The notes: generated by a model from the sequence alone, not told the origin. DNA of 64,000 nucleotides from Malacoraja senta (GCA_038087875.1 CM075990.1:18044001-18108000); one strand, 5' to 3'. Shown: positions 49,669-62,235, numbered from the stretch's first letter. Numbers and translations: made by a program.

Positions 49669-51811
49669 GGAGAAAGGAAGAGGAGGAGCCCAGGGCTGAG
49701 CGAGAGCTGAGAAGGGGAGGAGACAGCAAGGGCTACCGGATATTGGAGAAGTCAATGTTCATGCCACTAGGGTGCAAACTGCCCAAGCGGAATATGAGGT
49801 GCTGCTCCTCCAATTTGGGGTGGGCCTCACTCTGGCCATGGAGAGGCCCAGGACAGAAAGGTCAGATTTGTAATGGGAGGGGGAGTTGAAGTGCTGAGCC
49901 ACCGGGAGGTCAGGTTGGTTAATGCGAACCGAGCGGAGGTGTTCGGCGAAGCGACCGCCAACCCTACGCTTGGTCTCACCGATGTAGATCAGCTGACATC
50001 TAGACCAGCGGATGCAATAGATGAGGTTGGATGAGATGCAGGTGAACCTCTGCCGCACCTGGAACGACTGCTTGGGTCCTTGGATGGAGTCGAGGGGAAG
50101 GTAAAGCGACAAGTGTAGCATCTCTTGCGGTTGCAAGGGAAAGTTCCCGGGGAGGGGGTGGTGCGGAAGGGAAGGGAAGAATTGACAAGGGAGTTACGGA
50201 GGGAGCGGTCTCTGCAGAAAGCAGACAGGGGGGGAGATGGGAAGATGTGGCCAGTGGTGGGGTCACGTTGGAGGTGGTGAAAATGTCGGAGGACTATTTG
50301 TTGTATGTGACGGCTGGTGGGGTGAAAGGTAAGGACTAGGGGGACTCTGCCCTTGTTACGAGTGGGGGGATGGGGAGAGAGAGCAGTGTTACGGGGTATA
50401 GAAGAGACCCTGGTGAGAGCCTCATATAGTAGGGGAGGGGAACCCCCGTTCCCTGAAGAATGAGGACATCTCCGATGCCCTGGTGTGGAACACCTCATCC
50501 TGGGAGCAGATGCGGCGTAGACGGAGGAATTGGGAATAGGGGATGGAGTCGTTACAGGAAGCAGGGTGGAAAGAAGTGTAGTCTAGATAGCCATAGGGAG
50601 TCAGTGGGTTTGTAGTGGATGTCGGTCAAAAGTCTATCACCTGCGATGGAGATAGTGAGGTCACGAAATGGTAGGGAAGTGTCGGAAATGGTCCAGGTGT
50701 ATTTGAGTGCCAGATGGAAGTTAGTGGTGAAATGGATGAAGTCAGTGTGGGTGCAGGAGGTAGCACCAATGCAGTCATCAATGTAGCGGAGGTAGAGGTC
50801 GGGGATGGGGCCCTGGTACGTATAGAACAAGGATTGTTTGACGTGCCCTACAAAGAGACAGGCGTAGCGGGGGCCCATGCGCGTGCCCATAGCTACGCCT
50901 TGTATTTGGAGGAAATGGGAGGAGTCAAACGAGAAGTTATTAAGTGTAAGGACCAGCTCCTCTAGGCGGAGGAGAGTATCTGTAGATGGGGATTGGTTGG
51001 TTCTCCGGTCGAGGAAGAACCGGAGGGCTTTGAGACCATCCTGGTGGGGGATGGAGTTGTAGAGTGACTGGACATCCATGGTGAAGATGAGGGGATGGGG
51101 GCCTAGAGAATGGAATGCCCGGAGATAACGGAGAGTGTTTGAGGTGTCTTGAACATAGGTAGGGAGGGATTTAACCAGGGGGGATAGGATGGAGTCGAGG
51201 TATGTGGAAATGAGTTCGGTGGGGCACGAACAGGCAGAGACAATGGGTCTACCAGGACAGTCAGGTTTGTGGATTTTGGGGAGAAGGTAAAATCGGGCCG
51301 TGCGGGGCTGGGGAACGATGGGGTTTGAGGCTCGGGGGGGGCAGGGAGCCGGAGTTGATGAAGTCAGTGATGGTGCTGGAGATAGTGGCCTGGTGCTCGT
51401 CTGTGGGGTCATGGTCCATGGGTAAGTAGAAGGAGGTGTCCGAGAGTTGGCGCGTGGCCTCAGCTTTGTAGAGATCGACCCGCCAGACTACCACGGCACC
51501 TCCCTTGTCGGTGGGTTTGATCAGCCTGTCTGGGTTGTTGCGGAGTGAGTCGATGGCTGTACGTTCAGGGGGGGAGAGGTTGGAGTGAGACAGGGGAGTG
51601 GAGAAGTTGAGGGGGTTGATGTCCCGCTGGCAGTTTTGAATAAAAAGGTCTAAAGCCGGAAGGCCATGAGGGGGGGTCCAAGAGGAGGGGGTCCGTTGGA
51701 GATGGGAAAAGGGGTCAACAATAGGGGGCGAGGACTCCTTCCCATGGAAGAACGCAGTGAGGCGGAGGCGACGGTAGAAGAGCTCCAAGTCTGGTGGGCG
51801 CGGAACTCATT
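49669..51811 (-). mobile_element. Penelope-like element (RT + Cys linker + GIY-YIG; probably Neptune-type), frameshifted
   Basis: FYLLPKIHK, PGRPIVS, TMDVQSLY, LRYIDD, CNRKRCYTC, NLIYCI...YIGETKR. Confidence 0.92.
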
Positions 51812-52993
51812 GAGCTAATGGAATGTTGGCCTTCATAACAAGAGGACTTCAGTATAGGAGTAAAGAGGTTCTTCTGCAGTTGTATAGGGCTCTGGTGAGA
51901 ACACATCTGGAGTATTGTGTACAGTTTTGGTCTCCTAATTTGAGGAAGGACATCCTTGTGATTGAGGCAGTGCAGCATAGGTTCACAAGATTGATCCCTG
52001 GGATGGCGGGACGGTCATATGAGGAAAGATTGAAAAGACTAGGCTTATATTCACTGGAGTTTAGAAGGATGAGGGATTATCTTATAGAAACTTATAAAAT
52101 TATAAAAGGACTGGACAAGCTAGATGTAGGAAAAATGTTCCCAATGTTGGGCGAGTCCAGAACCAGGGGCCACAGTCTTAGAATAAAGGGGAGGCCATTT
52201 AAGACTGAGGTGAGAAGAAACCTTTTCACCCTGAGAGTTGTGAATTTGTGGAATTCCCTGCCACAGAGGGCAGTGGAGGCCAAATCACTGGATGGATTTA
52301 AGAGAGAGTTAGATAGAGCTCTAGGTGCTGGTGGAGTCAAGGGATATGGGGAGAAGGCAGGCACGGGTTATTGATTGGGGACGATCAGCCATGATCACAA
52401 TGAATGGTGGTGCTGGCTCAAAGGTATGAATGGCCTCCTCCTGCACCTATTTTCTATGTTTCTGCGTTTCTTAATAAACAGACATGCACTTGCAAGCCAT
52501 TGAGGCCTTTGCAATTGAAGCCCTGTTTTAATTGCCTGCATTCTGCATATTTAATGTGGTCCTTCTTGAAGATAAGATTCACAGTTCAAAACAAACAGGG
52601 GACAAACAATACATGAGTTAATTGCCTGTCCTCATGCATATTTACTGTTTGGGCTTTTGGAGACAGGATTCAACTGTCAAACACATAACGTGTGAAAGTT
52701 GTCTGCAACCTTACGTTTCCAGCTGCAAACCAAGTACAAACGTTTTATTTAATGCAAAATAAAGCCTTTCACATCAGTGAGACTGTCAATTTTATTTTTG
52801 AAAAGGGAGGGAGAGGGAAAACGGGGAATTAAAGACCAGTTAGTATAACATCAGTAGTGGGAAAAATGCTAGAGTCAGTTATTAAAGATGGGATAGCAGC
52901 ACATTTGGAAAGTGGTGAAATCATTGGACAAAGTCAGCATGGATTTATGAAAGGTAAATCATGTCTGACGAATCTTATATAATTTTTCGAGGA

Positions 52994-53788
52994 TAGAAAC
53001 ATAGAAACATAGAAACATAGAAAATAGGTGCAGGAGTAGGCCATTCGGCCCTTCGAGCCTGCACCGCCATTCAATATGATCATGGCTGATCATCCAACTC
53101 AGTATCCCGTACCTGCCTTCTCTCCATACCCCCTGATCCCTTTAGCCACAAGGGCCACATCTAACTCCCTCTTAAATATAGCCAATGAACTGGCCTCAAC
53201 TACCCTCTGTGGCAGAGAGTTCCAGAGATTCACCACTCTCTGTGTGAAAAAGTTTTTCCTCATCTCGGTCTTAAAGGATTTCCCCCTTATCCTTAAGCTG
53301 TGACCCCTTGTCCTGGACTTCCCCAACATCGGAAGCAATCTTCCTGCATCTAGCCTGTCCAACCCCTTAAGAATTTTGTAAGTTTCTATAAGATCCCCTC
53401 TCAGTCTTCTAAATTCTAGCGAGTACAAGCCGAGTCTATCCAGTCTTTCCTCATACGAAAGTCCTGACATCCCAGGAATCAGTCTGTTGAACCTTATCTG
53501 TACTCCCTCTATGGCAAGAATGTCCTTCCTCAGATTAGGAGACCAAAACTGTTTCTATGTTGGGCTGATGATGCCCCAATATATCAGAATGCACTCACAT
53601 GTGCACCCTGGATAAACATAGAAACATAGAAACATAGAAAATAGGTGCAGGAGGAGGCCATTCGGCCCTTCTAGCCAGCACCGCCATTCATTGTGATCAT
53701 GGCTGATCGTCCCATCAATAACCCGTGCCTGCCTTCTCCCCATATCCCTTGACTCCACCAGCCCCTAGAGCTCTATCTAACTCTCTCT
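52994..53788 (-). mobile_element. Two CR1 3' fragments (~52994-53552 and ~53615-53788)
   Basis: ORF 53099..53470; (ATAGAAAC)n tails. Confidence 0.9.
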
Positions 53789-53807
53789 GAGCCAAATCAC
53801 CCAGGCA

Positions 53808-54775
53808 TGTACACACACAGGCACAGACACAGACACATACATACCCACACATACACACAGACAGATACATATGCACACAGACACATACATATCCACACAT
53901 ACACACAGACAGATACATATACACACATACACACATGTACGTACACACATACACACAGACAGATACATATACACACATACACACATGTACGTACACACAT
54001 ACACACAGACAGATACATATACACACATGTACATACACACATACGTACATATGCACATGCATGTATACAAACACACAGTACACACATACTTACATGCACA
54101 TATATGAAAACACAGGTGCATACATGCATAAGTATGAACTCACAAGTACACATACATATACACAGTTGCACGTCCACATGCAGTTGTGCATACACATGTA
54201 TGTATATACGTAAATGCACACATGCATACACACACGTGTATAAACACACACAGGCACATGTGCACGCACATGCATGTATACACATGTACATGCACACACA
54301 AATATGCATTTGGATATAAACAGGCACAGTCGCACATACATACACATGATGTACATGCACACGCACATACGTAGACATGTACATACACATGTATGCTAAC
54401 ACACATCAGTACACACATGTACATACATACACATGTTTATACGTGTATATGTGTAGTACATGTGTACATATATGCATGTACGTATACACGTGCATGTGTT
54501 TGCACGTGTGCTGGTGCATGTGATTATATGTGAGTGCATCTGTTTCTGTGGGACTGTGTGTATACATGCATATATGTGTATTTGCATACCTATGCATAGT
54601 TATGTCTATGTGTACTACTTATGTGTGTACATGCACACAAACGTGTATTTACACATGTACTGATGCACATACACGCATGTATACATATGCACGTACGTAT
54701 ATCCATGTACATATGCGCATACCAACACACACATACACACGCAGGTACTAAGATGCATGTACACATATACACGCA
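53808..54775. repeat. Cryptic alternating purine-pyrimidine microsatellite (CA/TA/TG)
   Basis: ~970 bp of near-continuous RY alternation. Confidence 0.95.
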
Positions 54776-55004
54776 GGTTCAAACACAGGGCTGTCCGGCC
54801 CACTCCAGAGACTGCTGCTTGTATTTATTTCCCAGTGACCACAGTTCGGCTGAGATGAGGGCAGCAGGATCCCTACTTCACGGCTTGGAGGCGCGGGCAG
54901 AGTCCGCTCAACAACACGGGTTGTCTCGTCATGAACCTCATTCAACCTCAGTCATGTTCCATTTTGGCAAGAGTGCAACACCAAACCTGGAACAGTGGAG
55001 ATAC

Positions 55005-55425
55005 AGAGTGCTGGAGTAACTCAGCGGGTCAGGCAGCATCTGTGGAGAACATGGATAGGTGACGTTTCACAGAGTGCTGGAGTAACTCAGCGGGTCAGGC
55101 AGCATCTGTGGAGAACATGGATAGGTGACGTTTCACAGAGTGCTGGAGTAACTCAGCGGGTCAGGCAGCATCTGTGGAGAACATGGATAGGTGACGTTTC
55201 ACAGAGTGCTGGAGTAACTCAGCGGGTCAGGCAGCATCTCTGGAGAACATGGATAGGTGATGTTATTGGACTGGACCCTTCTTCAGTCTGCAGATTAGCA
55301 GTCTGAAAGTTCCTCACCAGAACTGTCACCTATCCATGTTCTCCAGAGATGCTGCCTGGCCCTCTGAGTAACTCCAACACTTTGTGACTTTTTTGTTAAC
55401 AAGCAGCTGAAATTCCTTGTGTCTA
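55005..55425. repeat. Four tandem 66-bp pLTR units (-) joined head-to-head with an older pLTR (+)
   Basis: 22-aa periodic ORF 54995..55306; cccttcttcag...gtctgaaag junction at 55276-55310. Confidence 0.85.
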
Positions 55426-55511
55426 CATACAACAGTACAGGCCCTCTGGCCCACAGTCTGTGCCAAATATGATGTCAAGTCCAAATCTCTTTCGCCTGCA
55501 CATGATTTCAT

Positions 55512-56265
55512 GCTCTGGTTTCCTCCCACACTCCAAAGACGTACAGGTTTGTAGGTTAATTAGCTTTGGTAATTTGATAATTGTAAAATTGTCCCTTGTG
55601 TGTGGGGTGGTGCTAGTGTACGGGATGATTGCAGGTCAGTGTGCACACGGTGGGCGGAAGGGCCTGTTTCTGTGCTATGTAAACTAAAACTAAAAGGTTG
55701 TTTCCACTAGTGAGAGTCTAGGACCAGAGGGAACAGCCTCAGAATAAAAGTATGTACTTTAGAAAGGAGATGAGAAGGAATTTCTTTAGCTAGAGGGTGG
55801 TGAATGTGGAATTCAATGCCACAGAAGGTTTTGGAGGCCGTCATTGGATATTTTTAAAGCGGAGATTGACAGGTTCTCGATTAGTAAGGTCGTCAAGGGT
55901 TATGGGGAAAAGGCAGGAGAATGGGGTTGAGAGGGAAAGATAGATCAGCCATGATCGAACATAGAAACATAGAAAATAGGTGCAGGAGTAGGCCATTCGG
56001 CCCTTCGAGCCTGCACCGCCATTCAATATGATCATGGCTGATCATCCAACTCAGTATCCTGTACCTGCCTTCTATCCATACCCCCTGATCCCTTTAGCTA
56101 CAAGGGCCACATCTAACTCCCTCTTAAATATTGCCAATGAACTGGCCTCAACTACCTTCTGTGGCAGAGAGTTCCAGAGATTCACCACTCTCTGTGTAAA
56201 AAATGTTTGTCTCAGCTCGGTCCTAAAGGATTTCCCCTTTATCCTTAAACTGTGACCCCTTGTCC
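55512..56265. mobile_element. HE1-like SINE part (+), old CR1 3' end (+), younger CR1 3' end (-)
   Basis: ggtttcctcccacactccaaagac V-domain; two CR1 3' UTRs tail-to-tail at ~55957. Confidence 0.8.
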
Positions 56266-56437
56266 CTCTATGGCAAGAATGTCTTTCCTCAGAACAGTGG
56301 AGTTTCAGAGGGTCGAACATCCTAATTCTGCTCTTATGTCTTATCATCTTTTCTGACAAAGTGAAATGGCAGCAATGAATCAACAGACAATCAACTACTG
56401 CCCCCAGGTGGATATCATCATGTGTGCAACAAACATT

Positions 56438-56652
56438 GATTGGCCACTGGTGGGTTAATGTGGTAATTGGCTAGATTGGAGCTGATTAGGGAATTGCCAG
56501 CTGCTGTGTATAAAAGGGGGAGTTGTGTGAGTGAGTGCAGTTGTCCTGGGCTGACGTTGGGACATGTCGAGTCCCACCTTGCAAGCGGTGCTCATGGTCG
56601 AGGCAGGGAGTCTTCTCTTGTGTCTGAGGTGTCTTCGTCTCCAGGACAGGAG
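56438..56652 (+). promoter_or_regulatory. Pol II promoter-like or LTR-like segment with first-exon donor
   Basis: Three ATTGG boxes, TATAAAAG at 56509, donor gag|gtgagt at 56652. Confidence 0.4.
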
Positions 56653-56837
56653 GTGAGTGAGAACACTATTGCTTTCTCTTAAAGTGTTTGTGTCTTTGAT
56701 TAATTCTCCAAACTTGTTATATATTCTCTTGTTATATTCCTCTTGTTATTAACGTAACATATATATTACAAGAGAATATATAACAAGTCTGGAGAATTAA
56801 TCAAAGACAGAAAACTATTCACATTGGTGAGTGTGGA

Positions 56838-56875
<38 letters not shown>

Positions 56876-57272
56876 TTCCTCCACACTCACCAATGAGATT
56901 AGTTTTCTGTCGGCGGGTTCCCCGTAAAGTATTTAATTGGCTTGAGCCCATCGCGCACTATTTAAAATGGCAATGTGGACAAAAATGCTGGAGAAACTCA
57001 GCGGGCGAAGCAGCATCTTTGTGTGAGTTTGACTCTTGTTCAGACTCGAGCATTTCTCCAGCATTTTTGTCTCTCGCTCTGTAGATGCTGCCTCACCCGC
57101 ATTCACATTCCCGTGCAGATGCCGGTGTGATCGGTGAGAGACACCTCCCGCTCACACCTTCCACCCTCACCTGTGTCCGGCGGCTCTGTGTCTCTGTGTC
57201 CGGCCGCTCTGTCCATCCACACCGCATGGAGTTTTAACCCCGGCCAGGAGCGGGGATGAATCTCGGGCTATA

Positions 57273-58134
57273 GGGGGGTTGCACTGGGTGATAGGGCTTG
57301 ACGCACGGAGCCACTCAATCCATCTGGAGGACATCGCAGCTTCAGGTATATGTTATTAATGCAAGAAACGCGTACTTTCTACCTGTTAAAACCCGCCAAA
57401 ATGGTGACTTTTTGCGCTATAATTACTGTGGAAGTCGGGGTAACTGAGAGACATTTATCCTGTGAGAGACATTTACCCAACTTCAGAATTCCAAATGTGA
57501 GGAGAAATGACGGTAGATAGAAGCGAGAGCTGAAGGGACAACAACTAAAGTACTTGGCGAACATTGGCCGTTTGCTCACTGCATTTCATCAACAGTAAGG
57601 CATTATTTGTGTTTTTTCTTGATTCCTTTGGCATCTACAAAGTTTCACAAGTGATAAATCTGGCTGTAAAATTTTTAAATCGCCCATGGTTCTCAAGTGG
57701 GTTTTTACATACAAAAAGAAAACGCCTCTGAAGCAAAATTTACAGCCAGATTTATCACGTCTGAGACTTTTTAGATACCAAAGGAATCAAGAAAAACATT
57801 AGGGTTAGGGTTACTGTTGATGAAATGCAGTGAGCAAACGGCCAATGTTCGCCAAGCACTTTAGCTGTTGTTGTCCCTTCAGCTCTCGCTTCTCTTTACC
57901 TTCATTTCGCTTCACTTTTGGAATTCTGAAGTTGGGTACATGTCTCTCACACTCACCACGATTTACACAATTTTTTACAGCGAAATAATTCACCATTTTG
58001 GGGGGTTTTAACAGGTAGGAAAGTACATGTTTCTTGTATTAACAACGTATACCGGAAGCTGCGATGTCCTCCAGATGGATTAAGTGGCTCCCTGCGTCAA
58101 GCCCTATGACCCAGTGACCTTACGTGCAACCCCC
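57273..58134. mobile_element. Non-autonomous DNA transposon (MITE) with ~400-bp imperfect TIRs
   Basis: tata-ggggggttgcac ... gtgcaaccccc-tata; 57285-57672 is the inverted match of 57737-58115. Confidence 0.8.
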
Positions 58135-58554
58135 TATAACCCCACTTGAGAACCATGGACGATTTTATAATTTTACAGCCAGATTTATCACTTGTGAAAC
58201 TTTGTAGATGCCAAAGGAATCAAGAAAAAACACAAATAATGCCTTAGTTGATGAAATGCAGTGAGCAAACGGCCAATGTTCGCCAAGCACTCTGGCTGTT
58301 GTTGTCCCTTCAGCTCTCGCTTCTATCTACCGTCATTTCTACTCACTTTTTGAATTCTGAAGTAGGCTAAATGTCTCTCACGCTTATCCCGATTTCCATA
58401 ATTATTTACAGCGCAAAAATTGATAATTTCGGGAACAATGGTAAGTACTTACCTGCAGTTCATCGCGTGTAATCCACTTGGTGTAGCGTAGCAACAGTAC
58501 GGGTCATGGGTCGTGACCCCACTGCCGTGAAACCTCCCTATAGCTCCGATGCCT

Positions 58555-58987
58555 GACCCCCGGGTCATTGACCCTCGTCCCCCCCGGTCACTGTCCCTCA
58601 CCCCCCCAGACCCCGGGTCACTGTCCCTCAACCCCCCCTCCCCAGACCCCCGGGTCACTGTCCCTCACACCCCCCCAGACCCCGGGTCACTGTCCCTCAC
58701 CCCCCCCAGACCCCGGGTCACTGTCCCTCCCCCCCCCCCAGACCCCGGGTCACTGTCCCTCCCCCCCCCAGACCCCGGGTCACTGTCCTCCCCCCCCCAG
58801 ACCCCGGGTCACTGTTCCTCAACCCCCCTCACCCCCCTGGTCACTGTCCCTCACCCCCCCCCCAGACCCCCGGGTCACTGTCCCTCACTCCCCCAGACCC
58901 TGGGTCACTGTCCCTCAGCCCCCCTGACCCCCCCGGTCACTGTCCCTCACCCCCCCGACCCCGGGTCACTGTCCCTCACCCCCCCCG
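58555..58987 (+). repeat. C-rich ~30-bp minisatellite (~14 units)
   Basis: Unit gaccccgggtcactgtccctcacccccccca. Confidence 0.95.
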
Positions 58988-59365
58988 AAGAAAGATTTGA
59001 TAACTGGGATTGTATTCTCTGCAGCAACAGAGGTGAAGAAAATACTTAGTTGAGGTGGATAATATTATGAGAATAGGACCTGTTTTGCTTAACAAAGAGT
59101 GTAAGAAGGAACTGCAGATGGTGGTTTAAACTGAAGATAGACACTAAAAGCTGGAATAACTCGGCAGGACAGGCAGCATCTCTGGAGAGAAAGAATAGGT
59201 GATGTTTCGGGTTGAGACCTTCAGACTGAAGAGGCTGAAAACCAGCCATAAAACACAATGACTGGAGATGTGTGTTATCCAATTAAGGACAGAAATCAGA
59301 ATTGTGTGTTCATCTTTATTGACGTGACACCATAATAAATATATAACAGAAAAAAAGAATTTAAT

Positions 59366-59632
59366 GGGGTGGCGCAGCGGTAGAGTTGCTGCCTTGCAGC
59401 ACCACAGACCCAGATTTGATCCTGACTACGAGTGCTGTCTGTACAGTATTTGTACATTCTCCTTATGACCACATGGTTTTCTCTGGATATTCCAGTTTCT
59501 CCCACATCCGAAAGAAGTGCAGGTTTGTACGTTAATTGGCTTCTGCAAATTGTCCCTGGCATGTAGGATACAACTGGTGTATGGTAGATTGCTGGTCGGT
59601 GTGGACTTGGTGGGCCGAAGGGCCTGTTTCCA
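59366..59632 (+). mobile_element. tRNA-derived HE1-like V-SINE, near full length
   Basis: A-box ggtggcgcagcggtag, degenerate B-box gatttgatcc, V-domain, tail gtgggccgaagggcctgtttcc. Confidence 0.85.
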
Positions 59633-59929
59633 TATGTTTTACATATATATTTTAATTTCATTGAACCATACACGGTTGAATATGTGGCATTATTTTTCCT
59701 AAGGGTAAGGTTGATTTATTTGTGCAGAAATAAATCAACCTTACTCCTCTTGCCTTGCTTTGATGTTTTTGTTTCTATCTCTATATATATGTATAGCAGC
59801 ATGAATTATAATCTGATTTCCATACATGAATATACTAAGGTCATTCATGTGCTGCACCTGTTGATCAGAGCCTGGCTCTACTGTGGAATGTTATTAGGAA
59901 TGTAATTTAGCCTAATCTAATTTAGACTC

Positions 59930-60085
59930 GCTACAGTATGCACCAGATTGCACAATTTCAAGGTGAAAAATGCAAAAGCTCCCTACCATGAGAGGGAGGG
60001 ACCCCACCCCCACCCTCACCCCCCCTCGGTCGCTACGCTCCCTCACAATTTCTCACACAACTCTCACCCAATGTTGGCAGCCCTG
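59930..60085. mobile_element. hAT-type MITE end
   Basis: Terminus atgttggcagccctg (reverse complement cagggctgccaacat). Confidence 0.5.
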
Positions 60086-60903
60086 TCTCTGGTACAAAAA
60101 ACTAGCATCTGCAGTTCTTTGTTTCTACATTTTACTGTTTAATGTTGATCAGTGATAACTGTTATTGATTGATGCACAATGTGGAACAGATGCAGGGATA
60201 ATGTAGAATATTGGGCTGAAGAGGACTGAGGGGCATTCTTACTGTGAACCCAGTGATTTGGAACAATTGGTCTGCTGTGGATTGGAGTAAGGATGTATAA
60301 AATTCCAGATCTGATCTGTCTCCAATGTTTGGAGACCCTTGGAAAGGGTGCAGGCAAGATTTATGAGGATATTGCCAAGAATTGTTGTTGAGGTTCCATT
60401 TACTTCATGAAGGCAGTGGCAAGAATGAATTTGTCTCCTGGATAGATGTCCAATTGTGTTTTAATTGGGGCCCTTTATGAAGACTGGTTTTCAGTTGATG
60501 ACTAATTGTTATGATTAAGAAGACGGCAAGGAATTTAAAGTGGATCTACATTGTACTTGGTTGAGAAAAGTTAATGTGAACTAGTTGTTAACCACTTGTG
60601 TGAAATGGTTCGTGTTAACTACCCTAATCACAGCTTGTTTATTGTGAGTTCTTATGAAGGACTTTCAGGTGAAAGGAATCTGTGTGATGTGTTGAGTGGT
60701 CATTCATTGAGTTTTGGACTGGACAGACTGTTGTAAAGATATTTGTAAAGATATTTGGATACTCTTGCTCAAAAGACAAAATGCTGGAGTAACTCAGCGG
60801 GTCAAAGTCAGCATCTGGAGAACTTGGATAGGTGACGTTACACAGAGTGCTGGAGTAACTCAGCAGGGGTCAGGCAGCATCTGTGGAGAACATGGATAGG
60901 TGA

Positions 60904-62233
60904 CATAGAAACATAGAAAATAGGTGCAGGAGGAGGCCATTCGGCCCTTTGAGCCAGCACCACCATTCACTGATCATGGCTGATCATCCCCAATTAGTAC
61001 CCCATTGCTGCCTTCTCCCCATATCCCCTGCGCTATTTTTAAGAGCCCTATCTAGCTCTCTCTTCAAAGTATCCAGAGAACCTGCCTCCACTGCCCTCTG
61101 AGGCAGAGAATTCCACAGACTCGCCACTCTCTGTGTGGAAAAGTGTTTCCTCGTCTCTGTTCTAAATGGCTTACTCCTTATTCTTAAATTGTGGCCCCTG
61201 GTTCTGGACTCCCCCAACATTGGGGACATGTTTCCTGCCTCTAGCGTGTCCAAGCCCTTAACAATCTTATATGTTTCAATGAGATTCCCTCTCATCCTTC
61301 TAAACTCCAGAGTGTACAAGCCCAGCTGCTCCATTTTCTCAGCATATGACAGTCCCGCCATCCCGGGAATTAACCTGGTGAACTTACGCTGCACTCCCTC
61401 AATAGCAAGAATGTCCTTCCTCAAATTAGGGGACCAAAACTGCACACAATACTCCAGGTGTGGTCTCACTATGGCTCTGTACAACTGCAGAAGGACCTCT
61501 TTGCTCCTATATTTGATTCCTCTTGTTATAAAGGCCAACATGCCATTTGCTTTCTTCACTGCCTGCTGTACCTGCATGCTTACTTTCATAGACTGATGAA
61601 CAAGGACCCCCAGATCCCGTTGTACTTCCCCTTTTCCCAACTTGACGCCATTTAGATGGTAATCTACCTTTTTTTGCTACCAAAGTGGATAACCTCACAT
61701 TTATCCGCATTAAACTTCATCTGCCATGCATCTGCCCACTCCCCAACCTGTCCAAGTCACCCTGCATTCTCATAGCATCCTCCTCATAGTCCACACTGCC
61801 ACCCAGCTTTGTGTCATCTGCAAATTTGCTAATGTTACTTTGAATCCCTTCATCCAAATCATTGATGTATATTGTAAATAGCTGCGGTCCCAGCACTGAG
61901 ACTTGCGGTACCCCACTAATCAATGCCTGCCATTCTGAAAGGGACCCGTTAATCCCTACTCTTTGTTTCCTGTCTGCCAACCACTTCTCTATCCATGTCA
62001 GCACTCTTCCTTCTAAACTCCAGTGAATACAAGTCTATTCTTTTGAATCTTTCCTCATGTGACAGTCCCGCCATCCCAGGGATCAATCTCGCGAACCTAC
62101 GCTGCACTGCCTCAATCACAAGGATGTCCTTCCTCAAAATAGGAGACCAAAACTCTACACAATACTCCAGATGTGGTCTCACCAGAGCCCTGTACAACTG
62201 CAGAAGAACCTCTATACTGAAATCCTCTTGTTA
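60904..62233 (-). mobile_element. 5'-truncated CR1 with a second CR1 fragment fused at ~62006
   Basis: ORFs 60984..61640, 61717..62004, 61949..62197. Confidence 0.9.
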
Positions 62234-62235
62234 GA

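Larger units (their letters stand above)
42676..52472 (+). mobile_element. CR1 LINE (ORF1 3' half, ORF2) fragmented by Penelope insertion and local duplication
   Basis: ORF1 esterase 42697..43005; APE 43146-43765 and 47459-47955; RT 47955-49668; resumes at 51812 (gtgaagaaag|ctaatggaatg). Confidence 0.88.

Noticed and set aside
53560..53612. TGATGA suggesting a C/D snoRNA
   Set aside because: No terminal CTGA D box or closing stem
53715..54803. Many Cys/Val/His/Thr-rich ORFs
   Set aside because: Translations of the RY microsatellite
54995..55306. 22-aa repeat protein QSAGVTQRVRQHLWRTWIGDVS
   Set aside because: Antisense reading of the 66-bp pLTR tandem unit
58549..59049. Proline-rich ORFs (also Gly-rich ORFs at 62.1-62.9 kb and 11.5 kb)
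   Set aside because: Minisatellite artefacts with variable non-triplet unit lengths and no supporting splice structure
59366..59440. tRNA-like sequence
   Set aside because: Head of an HE1-like SINE with degenerate B box, not a tRNA gene
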